Made by a program: the position numbers and the translations under genes. This document shows positions 27,057 through 40,500 of a stretch of 64,000 nucleotides of DNA, one piece after another. The stretch comes from Sphagnum compactum (taxonomy: Eukaryota). The notes under the pieces are model-generated. The model saw only the letters and a program-made list of their open reading frames with translations, was not told the DNA's origin and did not search any database. Position 1 is the first letter of the stretch. Each line of letters begins with the position of its first letter. The stretch covers positions 10,106,001 through 10,170,000 of the forward strand of contig OZ234494.1 in NCBI GenBank assembly GCA_965153455.1, read 5' to 3'.

Positions 27057-29445
27057 ATGGCTTCTTCTTCGCAGGTGCCGTCTGGTATGCCTGTTGTGGA
27101 CAAGGAACAGGTAAATGTTGTTTTCCCTCCTCCCTCCCTTGCTGTCTGTCGTTTTCTTCGTTTGGGATTATTGTTCCTTTCTTGTCAGATCTGCAATCTG
27201 TGGGTATGTGTGTATTCCTTTAGGATCGGATCTTCTCTCAATTCTTTCGTAACTATGGAGAAGTTCTCAGTTCGGACTGAGAAGTTTTTTCTCCTCCCTC
27301 CCTTGCTGTCTCTCGTTTGGATTTGTTTTCGTTTGGTTGTCAGACCTGCAATTTGCAGGTATGTATGTACTCCTTAGGATCGACTGTTCTCTCAATTCTG
27401 GAGAAGAGTATGGAGAAGTTCTCAGTTCGGACGGACTGACGCGTGTGTGCTGTTACGATCTGATGGAGGAGGCCGGCCGGATTGCAGATCTTTCGGATGG
27501 CGCAACAGGAGATGGAGTATAGAGTCGATCTCTTCAACAAGTGAGTGTTTCTGACTGAGCGATGGCTGCTATCTAGCTTATGTCTTACAGCCGCCATCTC
27601 TTACCTGTGAATCCTTTCCAGGGTTTCAGAGAATACGTTGCAGCGGAGTTGCACTGGAGCAAGCAAGCAAAGCTCCCTTCTAGGCAAGTAATTGACAAAC
27701 AAAGTGGAAGTGTGCAGGCTGACGCAGACATGCTTTGACAAGTGCGTCGAAGAAAGTTCGTGCTCATAACCTCGTTTGTTCTTGTGAGAATATTTCGTTT
27801 GTTTTGTGATACTGCGTTGTTGGAGTTCTTCATTTGCATTTCTGCCTATCCTCTCCAACGCACCTCTACTAGAGTCCTCTACCAAACTTGAAGAAGAAGA
27901 TATAAGACGAGATAAGCTGAGAATGTACTGCAAAAGTGAAGCAGTTTTGCTTAGATCAAGAAGAGATAAAGCAGAGAATGCACTGCAAAAGTGTTGCGGC
28001 TTTCCAATCTAGCTCCTGCTGTGTGATCACCAATGGTGCACACCAGTAGTGCAGAGCAAAGGACCAAATGTTGTTCTTGATGCTCTTATGGAACTATATC
28101 TTGCCCAGGCAGTTTGAAGCAGGTATCAGGATATAAAGAATTGCATTTGTGTTTTGTGTGTGAGGATAAAGTTGTCAGCAAGTGACTTTGGAACTGTTTC
28201 TTGCTCCATTTTCACTGTATGTTGTTGACACTGAATCAATTTTTTTGGCAATCTGTAGGTACAAGGAGGCAGATCTGAATGTGGGAGAAAATAGCTGCAT
28301 TGATCACTGTATTGCCAAATACTGGCAGCTAGATCCCATTTACAACCATGTGTCTGAAGAATGAGCCACAGTTTCCTTGCATTCCTGTAGTCAGCACAAG
28401 ATGTGAAACAATTGCTCCCACTACAAATTGATGGCATTGCTTGCTCTGGATGATACAGAACCATGACATTTGAATGTGTGTGGAAAACAAAGTGTGACAT
28501 AAAACTTGTCCAGACCTGTTGCAAGTTTTCAGAAATGTGTTTGGAGTTGAGGGTGATCTAAGTCTGCGCTAACATGGTGTTAAACTTTGTGCTTGCACCA
28601 TGTTTGCCACTTTGCAAGTCTAAAGAATGTCTGAAGAGGTGATAGCAGTAGGTGGCTAGCCTGTGAGAAACCCTTTGTATCTGATGCTTCACTGCAGCTT
28701 CCACCGTATGGAGATGATGACAGCATGTTGTTGGCTCCCTCTCTTGCCACCTCTATTCTGCATTTTCCTTACATTCTGTTTTGACCTCCTTATTTTTACT
28801 TTATTGCATGACCCTCCGGTGGAGTCCAAACTCCTCACAAATTCTTTATGAGGAAAGGACCTTGTATGATTAAATCCTTAGGATTTAGATAGTGGTGCTG
28901 TGCAGTGGCAGTCTTTCATAGGTAAAAGGCCTTTACTTTCTCCATGTCATCAGAGCTTCATGATTACCATATATCACCATATTGAAGAGAAGATGTTCAT
29001 GTACATATATTTTCATTTGGTGCTGTACTTGAAGCATTGGAGAACAAGCTCAGGCTTGAGATCGTGCTGCTAGTCAGGTCTTTTGGCCAGTCAGGCATAT
29101 ACGTATACGGTAACAAAGAATGTGTAGGACACAATGGACCTGATCACATGACATTGGATCATGGGTCACAGTGTGTGCCTATCATGAAACAGTGTGTTTG
29201 GTGTTCACCTCACCACTGCTGTGTTTTACTTCTTTCTTGCCTCTATTCATCTCTTTAAATTGCTCACTATATCATATTCTGTGATGATACAAGAACATTG
29301 TTGTTGGTACATTAACTGCATGTTTGTGACTTGTACTCTTTGCTATCTGTCTATTCTTTCTGTTTCCTGACCCTGTATATGTTGTGTACAGGTGACAGGA
29401 ATTGTGGGACAGATGCTGGGATCAAATGGACCTCCACTCGAATAG
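27057..29445 (+). CDS. TIM10: Mitochondrial intermembrane-space chaperone TIM10 (twin CX3C); exons 27057-27110, 27488-27540, 27718-~27759, 28259-28328, 29392-29445; possibly pseudogenising
   Basis: MASSSQVPSGMPVVDKEQ-IFRMAQQEMEYRVDLFNK-LTQTCFDKCVE..-YKEADLNVGENSCIDHCIAKYWQ-VTGIVGQMLGSNGPPLE* closely matches plant TIM10. Two expected donor sites are abnormal (see findings). Confidence 0.88.
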
Positions 29446-31384
29446 GCTAGTACAACTGAGCAAATCTTCCTTGCAGCTCTCAGGTGACAAAGTGTTTGCT
29501 AAGTTTAAGAACTGTAACTGCTGAACTTGATTTAACATGGTTCCAGTGTTTTTGCATTTGATCCATCGTAGTTGTTCAGGCATTTTTCATATCAGCAGAG
29601 GTAGCTCCTGTCTAGTGTTTCCCACTGTACACGCAGTTCTTCATCAGACATTAGGGATGTATTAGCCTTTTCCTTTTCCTGCTGGTTACAAGAATCCCAT
29701 TTTGTGCACAGTTGGTGTTTTGATGTTTAACTTGGTTGTGGTGGATCAGGCCCTGAAACTTAAAAACTCTCAAGTTGGAACACAGTGCTTAGTTTTACAC
29801 TGTAATGAGGGCAGAAGCTAGGAATATGAAGACACTGGAGTAATGGTCTTTTCAAAACCAGCTAACAAGGAACATGTAGCATGAGGAAATTCTCAGACCT
29901 GCAAACATCAGACAACTAGTAGCCATGTGTGTCTGAAGTTTGAATCTGTTTGGGGGTGAAAAACACAAGCTGTGCAAAGCTGACCCTCATGTTGCAAATT
30001 AGGTACTGATCAAAGGTCTGTTTACATGCTGTGGATCATCACAGCCTGCTCCAGTATTTGAGTCTTGACTTGCTGTTTGTAAGGCCAGGGTAGGTAGTAG
30101 TCTTTCTTGCTCTTTCAGGATATGACTAATTTTGTGTGCCTTGGATAGCAATTGAGCTCAGAGTGGTGGGTCACCAAACACTTACCTCCAACCTGTCAAA
30201 GCAAAAGGTTGGTTCACACTTCCCACCTGGGGTTGGCATTTGTTGATATCATGAAAATGACATGTCTACATTCAAATGTATAGGTACTTACATTCATATA
30301 GGTAGCTGAAATGTATGCTGATATGGCATACTAACACTAAGCCTATCACTAGGAGATGGGCAGGGTGATAACTAGTAGGCAAACGGGAAAATCAATTCAA
30401 ATATGTAGATTCTTGCTATTATTAGTTCCTATGGGCAGTGGTAGTTTACCAGTTTGAAAACTAAGGTGATGAATAATCTTGGAGATTTGCTGTGGTGTTT
30501 TCTTTTGGTGGTGAAATTTTGACATAAAAGAATAAAAAAGGAATTATTGTGTTACAAAATTTCCTTTCTAATTTTTTTTAATTGTCAATTTTTCAAGGAA
30601 AAAAAAATTGTTAGGAGAAGCTTCTTGATGTTTTGACACAGTTTTTAATTTTGGGGCAGTTGTTTGCCAGTTTTCTAACAGTTTCAATGGTTTTTTGCAA
30701 ACTTTTTGTTTATGGATGCTAAATCTTGTTAGGGATGATTGCCACTGATGCATTAGGAAACTGAAAAATATGCTGGGATTATCCCCAGAGAAGCCTTTTC
30801 CTCACTCTACTATCATCATCTATCATTCTGAATAATGAGATGAATTATCCTGAATGTGATAGTCATCAACAATTTGTTCACACCATAATCATTGGTAACT
30901 ATTAGGTAGCACAGTAACTGTCAGAGTGCTGAAATATCCTGTCAACAGCGATCTGGCTTAACTCTGAGGTACGCCAACCTTGGGTGTCAAGTGACCTTAA
31001 GTGCTCATTTTTAACGTTCATAAAGGGATTTTGTGGCTTTTTAAAGGTTAAGTACAAGAATGCCTTTCAAGGCGAGAGGTTGTCAGTGAAAATGATTTTC
31101 ATTTTGATAGGCTATGATGTTTCAATGCTTCTTTGAAGGATACCAAGCCCTGGAACTAAATCTTGATTACCACTGTCATTGACACAGAATTTGGAATTAT
31201 TGGCTCTTTCAAGGGTGAAAGCCTGAAAGCCTTGAAAAGCCTGTATGAAAGAGCCAAAAAATTCCATATGAAACCCATTAAAAAAATTGTAGGCACCTGG
31301 CAGATATTAGAGTTATCCATAAAGTCACCCTCTCTTTCACCCCCTATCCCCTCTTTGAGTGGTATCCACAAAGTAATGAAATTT

Positions 31385-31605
31385 TTATTAAATCTCAGTA
31401 TGAAATGCTGAAAATCAGCATTTAATGCACAAGGGTCGAGCGTAAGTATAGTAATTGTACAGGTAGGAGTAGTGAAAATATATGTAGGAGCAGTGGAGGC
31501 GCTCAGGAAAAAGGAAAGACAGGATAAAACTCAGTTTACCGCCAAAATTGGTGGAAAAACTAGATTGGGTCCCAGTTATTTTGTTTTGTAAAATTCCCAG
31601 TTTCA
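31385..31605. repeat. ~200-bp dispersed repeat, second copy at 57770-57947
   Basis: AATCTCAGTATGAAATG...CAGCATTTAATGCACAAGG...GCGCTCAGGAAAAAGGAAAGA...CTCAGTTTACC.CCAAAATTG is shared by both loci, and both end in AGTTTCA. Confidence 0.8.
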
Positions 31606-33840
31606 TGTTTGATGCCCTATCATGCTAGTCTATTAACCAAGATGTAGATGGGTTGAGTTGAAACCTATATTGCACTAACCAAAACTAAGACACAAGAGCT
31701 AGGTGGCATGGTGAGATTAACAAGGAAATGGTGCTAGGATGGCATGCCTATGCATTCTTGTGTATCTTAGCTATGGTAGTTTATGTCACTTCCCATCAAG
31801 ACCAGACATACCAAAGGACCCTAAATCTAATGAAGAGCCTGGTGGATCAAAGGATGTGCATGATGACATTAGAGTGTTAGAATATTTATGCATTACCTCA
31901 ACATGTTTGTCAAGGTTACTACCAAAGAGAGATATCAAATGCTACAACAAACCACAAGGTTTAGGTGGGAAGGTAACCATCTATTTTGAGTATGGGAGGA
32001 TGGAAAAGTGAAGATTGTGCTTCACCCTACACAATAACACATTTAGTATGGCATGAGTTCAAGCATTTTGGTGTTAGGTGCACCCATAGTTTATTACAAG
32101 GGTAAAATTGGTGGCAAGGAATGCACATGGATGTGCAACAATTGGTGACAAGATGCATGATATATGTGATAGAATGTAGGCCTCCTTCAATGCTCCTACT
32201 CCACAATTGCAACCTCTTCCCATCATGGGATAAAACTACCATTGAAGTTTGGATTTTGCAAGGCCATTGCCACTAACCATACACCACAATTGGTATGTGT
32301 TAATGATGGTGGAACATTTTCCAAATGGATTGAACTAATATTGTGCAATCGAACAAGTCTAGTGAAAAGGTTGTGTATTCCTTTTTAAATTGAATGTTTA
32401 GTTAGTTTAATGTGCTAGTTGAGGTCTTATTGACCAAGGTAGAGAATTTTAAGGCCTTGTGTGAGTAAGCCTTGATTGACCATCATACTATGTCCCATGA
32501 TCATTTGTAAGTAGGTGGTTTGGCCAAAAGAGTTGTGTAAATAATGAAAAGAAGTTTGCACAAATATGGCCTACAGAAGGGCTATTTGGGTGACTAATGC
32601 CTTCAATTGCTTTAATTGACCATGGGTTACAAGTTGAACAAACAAATGTCACTTGCTTCATTTTCACTATATTTTTTCCTATTTGGTTGTGAGCCAAATT
32701 TGCTTGCATCAATATGCTTAAAGGTTATGGTGACCAATCTCAAACTTAGATGATTTGAATGTTTGGATGTGTGCATGTGATGAAAGAGCAAAGTTGTTCA
32801 AAAAAGTCATACCAATGGCTTGTGAAAAGTTTGCTATGTTCAACATAGAGACACATTGAAGTATGCCATTATTCATGGAGGAAAGTATTAACCCCAAGTT
32901 TGATGGTATAATATAAGGGATTGTGTTTACCTATAACAAACAACACACTGTGATGTTGGATGTTATAACAAGATGTGTAATCTTAAGAATCAAAGAAATG
33001 TATATAATTGGTGTTCCAAGGGTTGGCACATGGGATGTTTAACACTGCTTTTGGAGAAAGTTCCCAATAGGGATGGTTATGCTTTCAACGTCTACACAAA
33101 TAAGCTTAGCCACTTGTAGCTAGATTTAAGCAACATGAATTGTGTCAAGAAACTTCAAATGTGATTAAAATTAGTCAAGGAATTAGGTGGATTACAACTA
33201 GGCAATTAATGATGGGGCTCACATTTGCACCCAAGTTATTTGATTCACTATTTCAAAATTACCAAGTGTCCACTTGTAATGTGCCCATAATGCAAAACTC
33301 CTAAATCTACATAAGATGTGTTATTTGGTTTAGGGACCTTATTCCCAAATAGAGGGCGATTGTTTGTGTGTGTGTGACCTTCATAATAATGTCATGACAT
33401 GTTTATGGTTTGTGACAACGATAGATGTAAACGCTTTGATGTGGTAGCACACAACAACTATTAGTATTATTTGGGAAATTGTTCAAATAGTTGGAACTTT
33501 ATTAAAATAAAAAATAGAAGAAATAGTTAAATAGCATGAGCATGTTTCACATATTTCAACTTTGGAATAGTACTCGAAGTTGTAATGGAAAAGACACATC
33601 TTTTTAAAGTTGCACCATCTTTTGTTTGTCGTGTTTTGTTTTGGAAATTTTATGAAGTTTTCTTGCTTCCAAGTTTATAGGTTGTTTATGCAAGTTTGGT
33701 GTGAGGTGTGGATTATCCCAAAGTGGAGTGTGTAAGATTTTGATTGTGTGTGCGTATGTGAATTTAATAATAATGTTACGACGTGTTTATGGTTTGTGAC
33801 AATGACAAATGTAAGCACCTCAATGTGGTAATACACAACA
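31606..33840 (+). mobile_element. Old, heavily decayed 3' part (integrase + PPT + B-A-B terminus) of a relative of the 43399-53380 element
   Basis: DNA is colinear with 50940-52400 (e.g. CATTTTGGTGTTAGG, TTCAATGCTCCTACTCCACAATTGC, TTGGATTTTGCAAGGCC, AAATGGATTGAACT). AGAGGGCGAT (33351-33360) is followed by direct repeats at 33361-33456 and 33745-33840. Confidence 0.8.
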
Positions 33841-34689
33841 CAATAACAACTTACAACTTTTTGATGGACTTTGTAATTGCACTCTTTATTTACTTCAAAA
33901 AAAATATTTTGTCTCGATAAAAAAAACTTTCAAGTTGTTTAAGGAATTCACAATGGAGTCCAACCACAAAAACAATTGGAGGAAATTTATAAAAATGGAG
34001 TTCAATTACATCTAGCTTATGAACTTGACATTGAGTTTATTAAGAAACTTACACAAGTTTGTGATTAAATATAAATAACAACACAGATTAGTCATTGTAA
34101 GCTATTGAAGCCATTAGTTTAAAGTGTTACCTTCTTTATGACTCAAGGAGATTATTCATTATATATTTTATGATGTGAAATAAAAGTGCATTTTTTATAT
34201 TTTAAAATATCTATTAACATTGAAAATATCTCAAAAATATCTCAAAAATCTTCTCATAATTCAATTCTTGGCACCCTATTTATGTTAAATGAATTATAAA
34301 ATTTACTTTTTTTCATTAAGTTACCCCTTTTTTTTGTCATTTAGAAAAAATTGGAACTAATCTCCCTTGGTTTTACAAAGGTGGAATTATCAATTCGGGG
34401 GGGAAATATGGTGTTATGATGAGCTCTGTTATTAGGTCAAATTATGATTGTATCTTTTTCATTATCATGGCAAATATGATATGTGACCAAAATTGATACA
34501 ACACCTTTTCTTTCCAATACTACCTAAATGTGGAATTTGAATTAAGAAGGTCTTCTCTAACTTTTAGGCCTACATTTCCCCTTAGAGGATACATGTTAAA
34601 GGATGAAACATTTGGTGCTCAGTTGTGTAGTTAAAAGTTTGTTGATACAATAGAATTTTGCATAAAGTCATGTGATTAGGGGGTGAGAA

Positions 34690-37590
34690 TGGCCAGTTTC
34701 AAATCATATTCTTGTAGCATGAGCACCCATGATACATGTTCTCCTCTCAACTTATTTGATTTCATCAACCATTTTAATGGTTGATGATCAATGACTAGGT
34801 GAAAGAGTTGTTTTACAAATAACACTTGAAATGTGTTATAGCCATACTATTACAAAACATTCCCCTTTGTAAAAACTTTACTTGGATTCATTGTTATTAA
34901 TTGTGGGAACAGTTGGCATATGTGACCACAAATTTTCTCTATTCATCATCCACCTACTTAAATATTGTTCCAAGACCTAACATGTTCCATTTTTATGTAA
35001 TTAGAATGGTCACCCTATTATGGGTCATTCAAGATTGTTATTGAGGTCATTTGGGCTTTGAATTCTTCATAGGCATACCCCTATTCATTTTCCATTGCCA
35101 AGCTTGATCCACCTTCTACAACTTGGTGAATGGGTTGGCAATGATATTGAATCCCTTCATAAATCATTGATAGTTGGTTGCCAATCCCATAAAACCTTGA
35201 ACTTGACTAACATCCATAAGGTGTGGAACGTGTGTAATAACATCAACCTTTGTTTGTTGAACCTTTAGTCCTCCAAGGTACATCATATGACCTAGATATT
35301 CAATCCAATCATAGATGAACTTGCATTTTCCTAGATGGAGCTTTAGTCCATGTGTTTGCAAACATTGAAATACCTCATGCTCCCTCACATAAACACTAAA
35401 GATGATGATATCATTTATGTAACAATGTGCAAAATTCAAGCTTAATAAAATCTTGTCCATGACCTTTTGGAATTTTGTGGGTGCATTTTTAATCCAAATG
35501 GCAAAAACTTCCATTGATAAAGGCAATTTGCCATGTTCATCAATTTCCTAAAATGAGGTCTTCTATTTTTTTATATCCTTAATGGGCAATTGGTGATACC
35601 TTGACCTTAGTCCAACATGTTAAACACCTTGGCTTGCCAAATTGCATCAAAAATCTCTTCAAAAAAGGGCATGGCATACCAATCAAACTTGGTTTGATGA
35701 TTCAAAGGTCAAAAATCCTCACACATGTCTTTTAGTTTAGTTGCCAAAGATGTTCTTTTTGGTCAGCATCATAGTAGTTGACTCATATTCTCTTACAAAC
35801 AACTCTACCAACCCAACTTCCTATAATTCTTGGGTTTTGGATTGGATCAATGATTTTTCCAAGTCAATATATTTGTAAGGGTTTCAAAATATGGGCATAT
35901 CATTAGTCAATTCAATGCAAATTTCATGGCCTTTTAAAGGTCCCAAGTCATTCACATTGAAGGCAAACCCATCTTTGTAAGATCTCAAAACTTGTTCAAC
36001 CTACTTCACTCATTCTCGATAACTACAAGTCCAACTTGTGGTTCCCAATTTTTTTCATAACCATAGCCTTGGGCGTACCAAACTTGTCAATAACAATTGA
36101 TGCATTCACTAGCTAGTTGACTATTGCCATCATCAATAGCTCGTATGGATTGTCCCAACATAAATTTTACTAAATTTTCCATCATTAATTAAAGATCTTC
36201 TTTTGTTTTGAAAAAATCTTCCTTCTGAACAACATTCACACATTATTCATCCCATATTTGCCATGGGTGTTTGCATATCTATTCACCCCCAACCTCTGCT
36301 TTCATCATTTCAATAAGTAAAAAATATTGTGAGACTACATTGGTAGGGGTTATGGAAGATTGTAGGTGATGTTGTTCCGCTATACACAAGTTAATGATCC
36401 ATTTCAAGTAGTTGATGTCCATTGGGTGACCTAACGCCTATCAATGCGATGCCTCACCAATGGGAAATCCCATGGCATGTTCTTGTTTGTCAATAGTGGT
36501 TCCACCAATATGTGTTGGTGATGTATCCCAAACAAGTTTTGGCCCATTGTTTCAAAAAACATGGGATGCAAGAAAGTTAAGCACATTGGTAGGGCAAGTC
36601 ATAGTTGTTTCACTTTATTGACAATGACTAATAGTAGTTTGGACCATCATACTGAATAGGTTATGACAATGTCCCTTTATCCAAAATGGAGTCAACAATG
36701 AGTGGTGGTGGTCTGTGCACTCTATCATGTGCTAGTTTGAATAACTATGATGGCATGAGATTGGTCCACCATAACTATGGCCAATGAGCTTTTGAACCCA
36801 TTGTTACTACACCTAGCAAAACAATAGTTCCAATCTAGAATCTAATTTGTTGGACATTAACCATCACGTTGGCTCATGAATGTCGCATGGAGGGTACATT
36901 TTCCAAAATGTAAGCTAGGGGAGGTGTATGATGTAATTGTAAGTATTGTAATAATTGTAGTACTTGTAGCATCTCCCAAAACAAATCATATTTTGATTAT
37001 GTCTTGCAACTTGTTGCCACGGCCTACCAAAAAATGACCTTGGCAAAGGCCATCCTACTGTGACCAAATGAATAGGGCTTTGTTCCAACAACAAAACATC
37101 TCTTGGCGATGCCTTGAAATAATTGAATTACTAATAGTGGAAGCAATTCAAGACATTATTGAGCAAGGTAAACAACTTGTAGTGAAACATATTGAGCAAC
37201 TTCATCATTGTCAACATAAAGGTATTTTTGCACTTGTATTTCGAGTTGCAACACAATAGCCAATTTGGTGTCAATACCTCCAAACAAGTCAAGTCCACAC
37301 AATTTGCTTCTTTTGGACATTGCCAAATAATGATACTGGAGTCCAAAGGAAATAGGGAGATGATGTATGGCCCAAAGAAGTGGCATCCATTGTGGTCAAT
37401 GGCACAAAGGCCCTTAGCCACACTTTTTGCACATAATGTTATGCAATTTTTTGCAAATCTATTGTGGTGCCCCCACCATTATGCCTCTTTATTAATACCC
37501 AAGGGGACAATTGGAATGATGTCCATTTTTTGTTTTCTACCTCCTAAATTGGAACAATGTCTAATGAAAAAACATTGCCAATCTAGGTGT
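34690..37590 (-). mobile_element. Old decayed MTase-RT-RNase H portion of a related Gypsy element
   Basis: Minus-strand remnants GLDLFGGIDTKLAIVLQLEIQVQKYLYVD (MTase motifs I/II), GWPLP, AYILENV, KNAPTKFQKVMD...CYINDIII...KCKF (RT) and WVLMLQEYD (end of RNase H), in the same order as the young copy. Confidence 0.85.
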
Positions 37591-37594
37591 TGTT

Positions 37595-40500
37595 CACTAC
37601 AATGGACCAAAAATGGACAAATATTTAAAAAAATTATTATTCAACTCATGAAATTTGCATTTAAAATTGGGGTATTTAAAAGGCTACATGTGGATATTTG
37701 AAAATTTTAAATACTAACTAAATGCCATGTAAAAAAAATGAAACTTATGTTTTGCATTATGTTTTTATATCTTGAACTTGTCATATTCCCAATTTGAATC
37801 GTCAAAATTCAAATAATTCATATTAATCTATTTGAAATTCTTGTATTAAATTTGATAATGGGGGTGAAAGCACACTACAATGGCCAAAAAATGTTGTCGC
37901 AGATATTTTTTTCGAACATGTGCAACTTTCAACTTTCACCAAGCCAACATTAAGAGAGGTTTTCATAAATGATATTCAAAATAAGATAGTTCAATTGCCA
38001 AATAATGCAATTGTCAAAGGAAACTACATTTTTTGATTAATATTAAATGATTAAAGAGTATATTTGTGAAAAAATAGATGTTGTCACAATACATTACAAA
38101 GTGAAAATATATTCTTAAAATGATTCAAATAATTACAAAACTTGATGAAGCATTTAGTCATATATTGAATATGAATTGAATGTACCATTTCAATTACAAT
38201 CAAAAAATTTGATTCATAACATGAATTTAGTTAATTTTAAATTAAACTATCAATTCTAGATCTTTTCTAACCTAGTGGTGGGATCAAGTTTGAGACCAAA
38301 CATTGTGAACATCTATTTGTTGGATTATCTAGTGAGGCAAAACATTATTAATATTTATTGTTGCATCATTTGGTGGCCCCCAAATGAAAGTTTTTGTTTA
38401 ATTTTCCAACTTCCAAATGGTCAATTATTAATTTTGGACTTTTCAAAAGTTTGGAATTAATTAAATACATGATTAATGTGATTTCATAAAAAACATGTGA
38501 TTTAATAAGTTTTTCATTTGAACAAGCATAAGTGTGTTGAAAAAGACCATTTTGTTGAAAAATCATTTTCATATGAAAGATGACAAGGCTTATGTTGGAG
38601 GCCTTTGTATCAAAATCCATTTTATATATTTATCAAAATGCTAGATGAAATCAAAGAAAAATTGCCCCAAGATATACCCAAATATACCCCAAAAAAGTAC
38701 ATTTTTTTTGCCTAAAGCGGCCCCCCCATAGTGTGTTTTCACCCATGGACATGCATGGATAGTTTCATGGTCACCCTAAAGAACCAAAACCCATCTAAAA
38801 TATCTCCACCACAAACTAACAATCCCAAAGAATGTTGTGAAACTTGGCCTTTTGTGATTCAATAGCCCCTTTCCTACAAAACATACATGAAGGTGTACAC
38901 TCTTGCCATCTTCAAATTGTCATCCCAATTTGTACAATGTCATTTTTCCTTAGAAATCCAAGGTGAAGCTCATGGGGTATAACATAGTTCCATTGAATAA
39001 CACATTGTATGACACAACATTTGTCACAATGATTTTCACCTTCATAATTGACACCTTCATTTGTGGAGTGATAGAGTTGAAGTTTTATACATAGTGGTTC
39101 ACGAATGACTCTATGAACCTTTCCTAATCATCCCAATGAGGTCTATATATGGAATGGACAAGGCTTTAGGGTAAAAACAAAGTCAAAGGAGCCACCCAAC
39201 TGAGTGGACTCTCTTTAAAACTTCATTTTTGTATGTTTGGAAGATTACAAAAAAAGCATAATAGTTTGGATTATCATAATTTTTTTTTATTAATTTCAAG
39301 GTTTACATGTTCAAAACTTGACATAACCAAAAATGTTTTTGCATGTTCAAAACATTCAAATTTCAAATGGATAGTCCTTATTTTTTTCTACCAAATGTGC
39401 ACCATTCCTTTTGAAAATTGGAAAGGATTTTAACATTGATGATTAGAAAATACAAATAGTTTTCAATCCAAGTAGTTAAAAAAATCAATGTAAATAGTCT
39501 TCAAATGAATCATTGATTCCATGTCTTTTTAATTGGGATGCTTGTTGTTGACTTTGAGCTAGTTGGCTCCTTGGATTTTCTTTAATGAACCCAAGAGCCA
39601 CCATTCACATTTTGAGCATGTTTTATTCAATTTGTTTTGTTACGAAAAAAACTTTGGCAATGTTGATTAAATCAGTTGCAATAAAATGGCATCACACAAT
39701 TTTTTTTCAAATTCATGGTCCAAAATTTTGTACCAAAATTGGATTATTTATGCGTTCATGATTCCTTGAGTCATGTTAATCAACCTTTTCATTCAAATAT
39801 AGGTCTCTTGTAAATTTTCATGGGGCTTACATTGAAACTTTTACAAATTTGCAACTTTTTCATGTTGGTAATTCCTTCACAAAGTGTGAAACAATTCTAC
39901 ACAATACGATTGAAAGCAAATTGTGGCCCTTGTGTGTTGGTTGAAGGGTTTATTTATGTATTAATTGAGGGACTTGCCTACATATTAGTTGAAAAACTTG
40001 CTTGTGCATTAATTGAAGGCCCAACATTGCCACCTCAAGTTGAAGAACTATTATTACTATAAGGAATTTGCATATTAATGACTATTTTTGTCACGACCCT
40101 AGCCTTGGGCTCGCAACCAAGGCAAAAGCATGGAAAGGTGCGGGCTGAGAGTGCAATTCAGGAGTCACATTTGCATTCCTGAAAGTGTGAGAAAGTTTGA
40201 GGGAATGAACCCACACACTCCTAAATGGACTCCCATTTTGGGAATTAGAATCCCTATGGAGTCTTGAATTTTCAGAAAAGGATTTTAGGGGTCAAAATTC
40301 ATTGGATTAAAGAGTTTCTTATATCATTGGAAAGCTCTTGAGACGAAAATGTTTAAAATGGGCTCACATGACCCATTAGAGTACTTATAACACAAGTTAT
40401 GGCTGAAAAAAGGGTCGGGAATTAAAGTGCCAATTTGATTCCCAACCATTAAAAATCAAGAATCACCTTGAATTACATGCGTTCAGTTGACGTGCCACAT

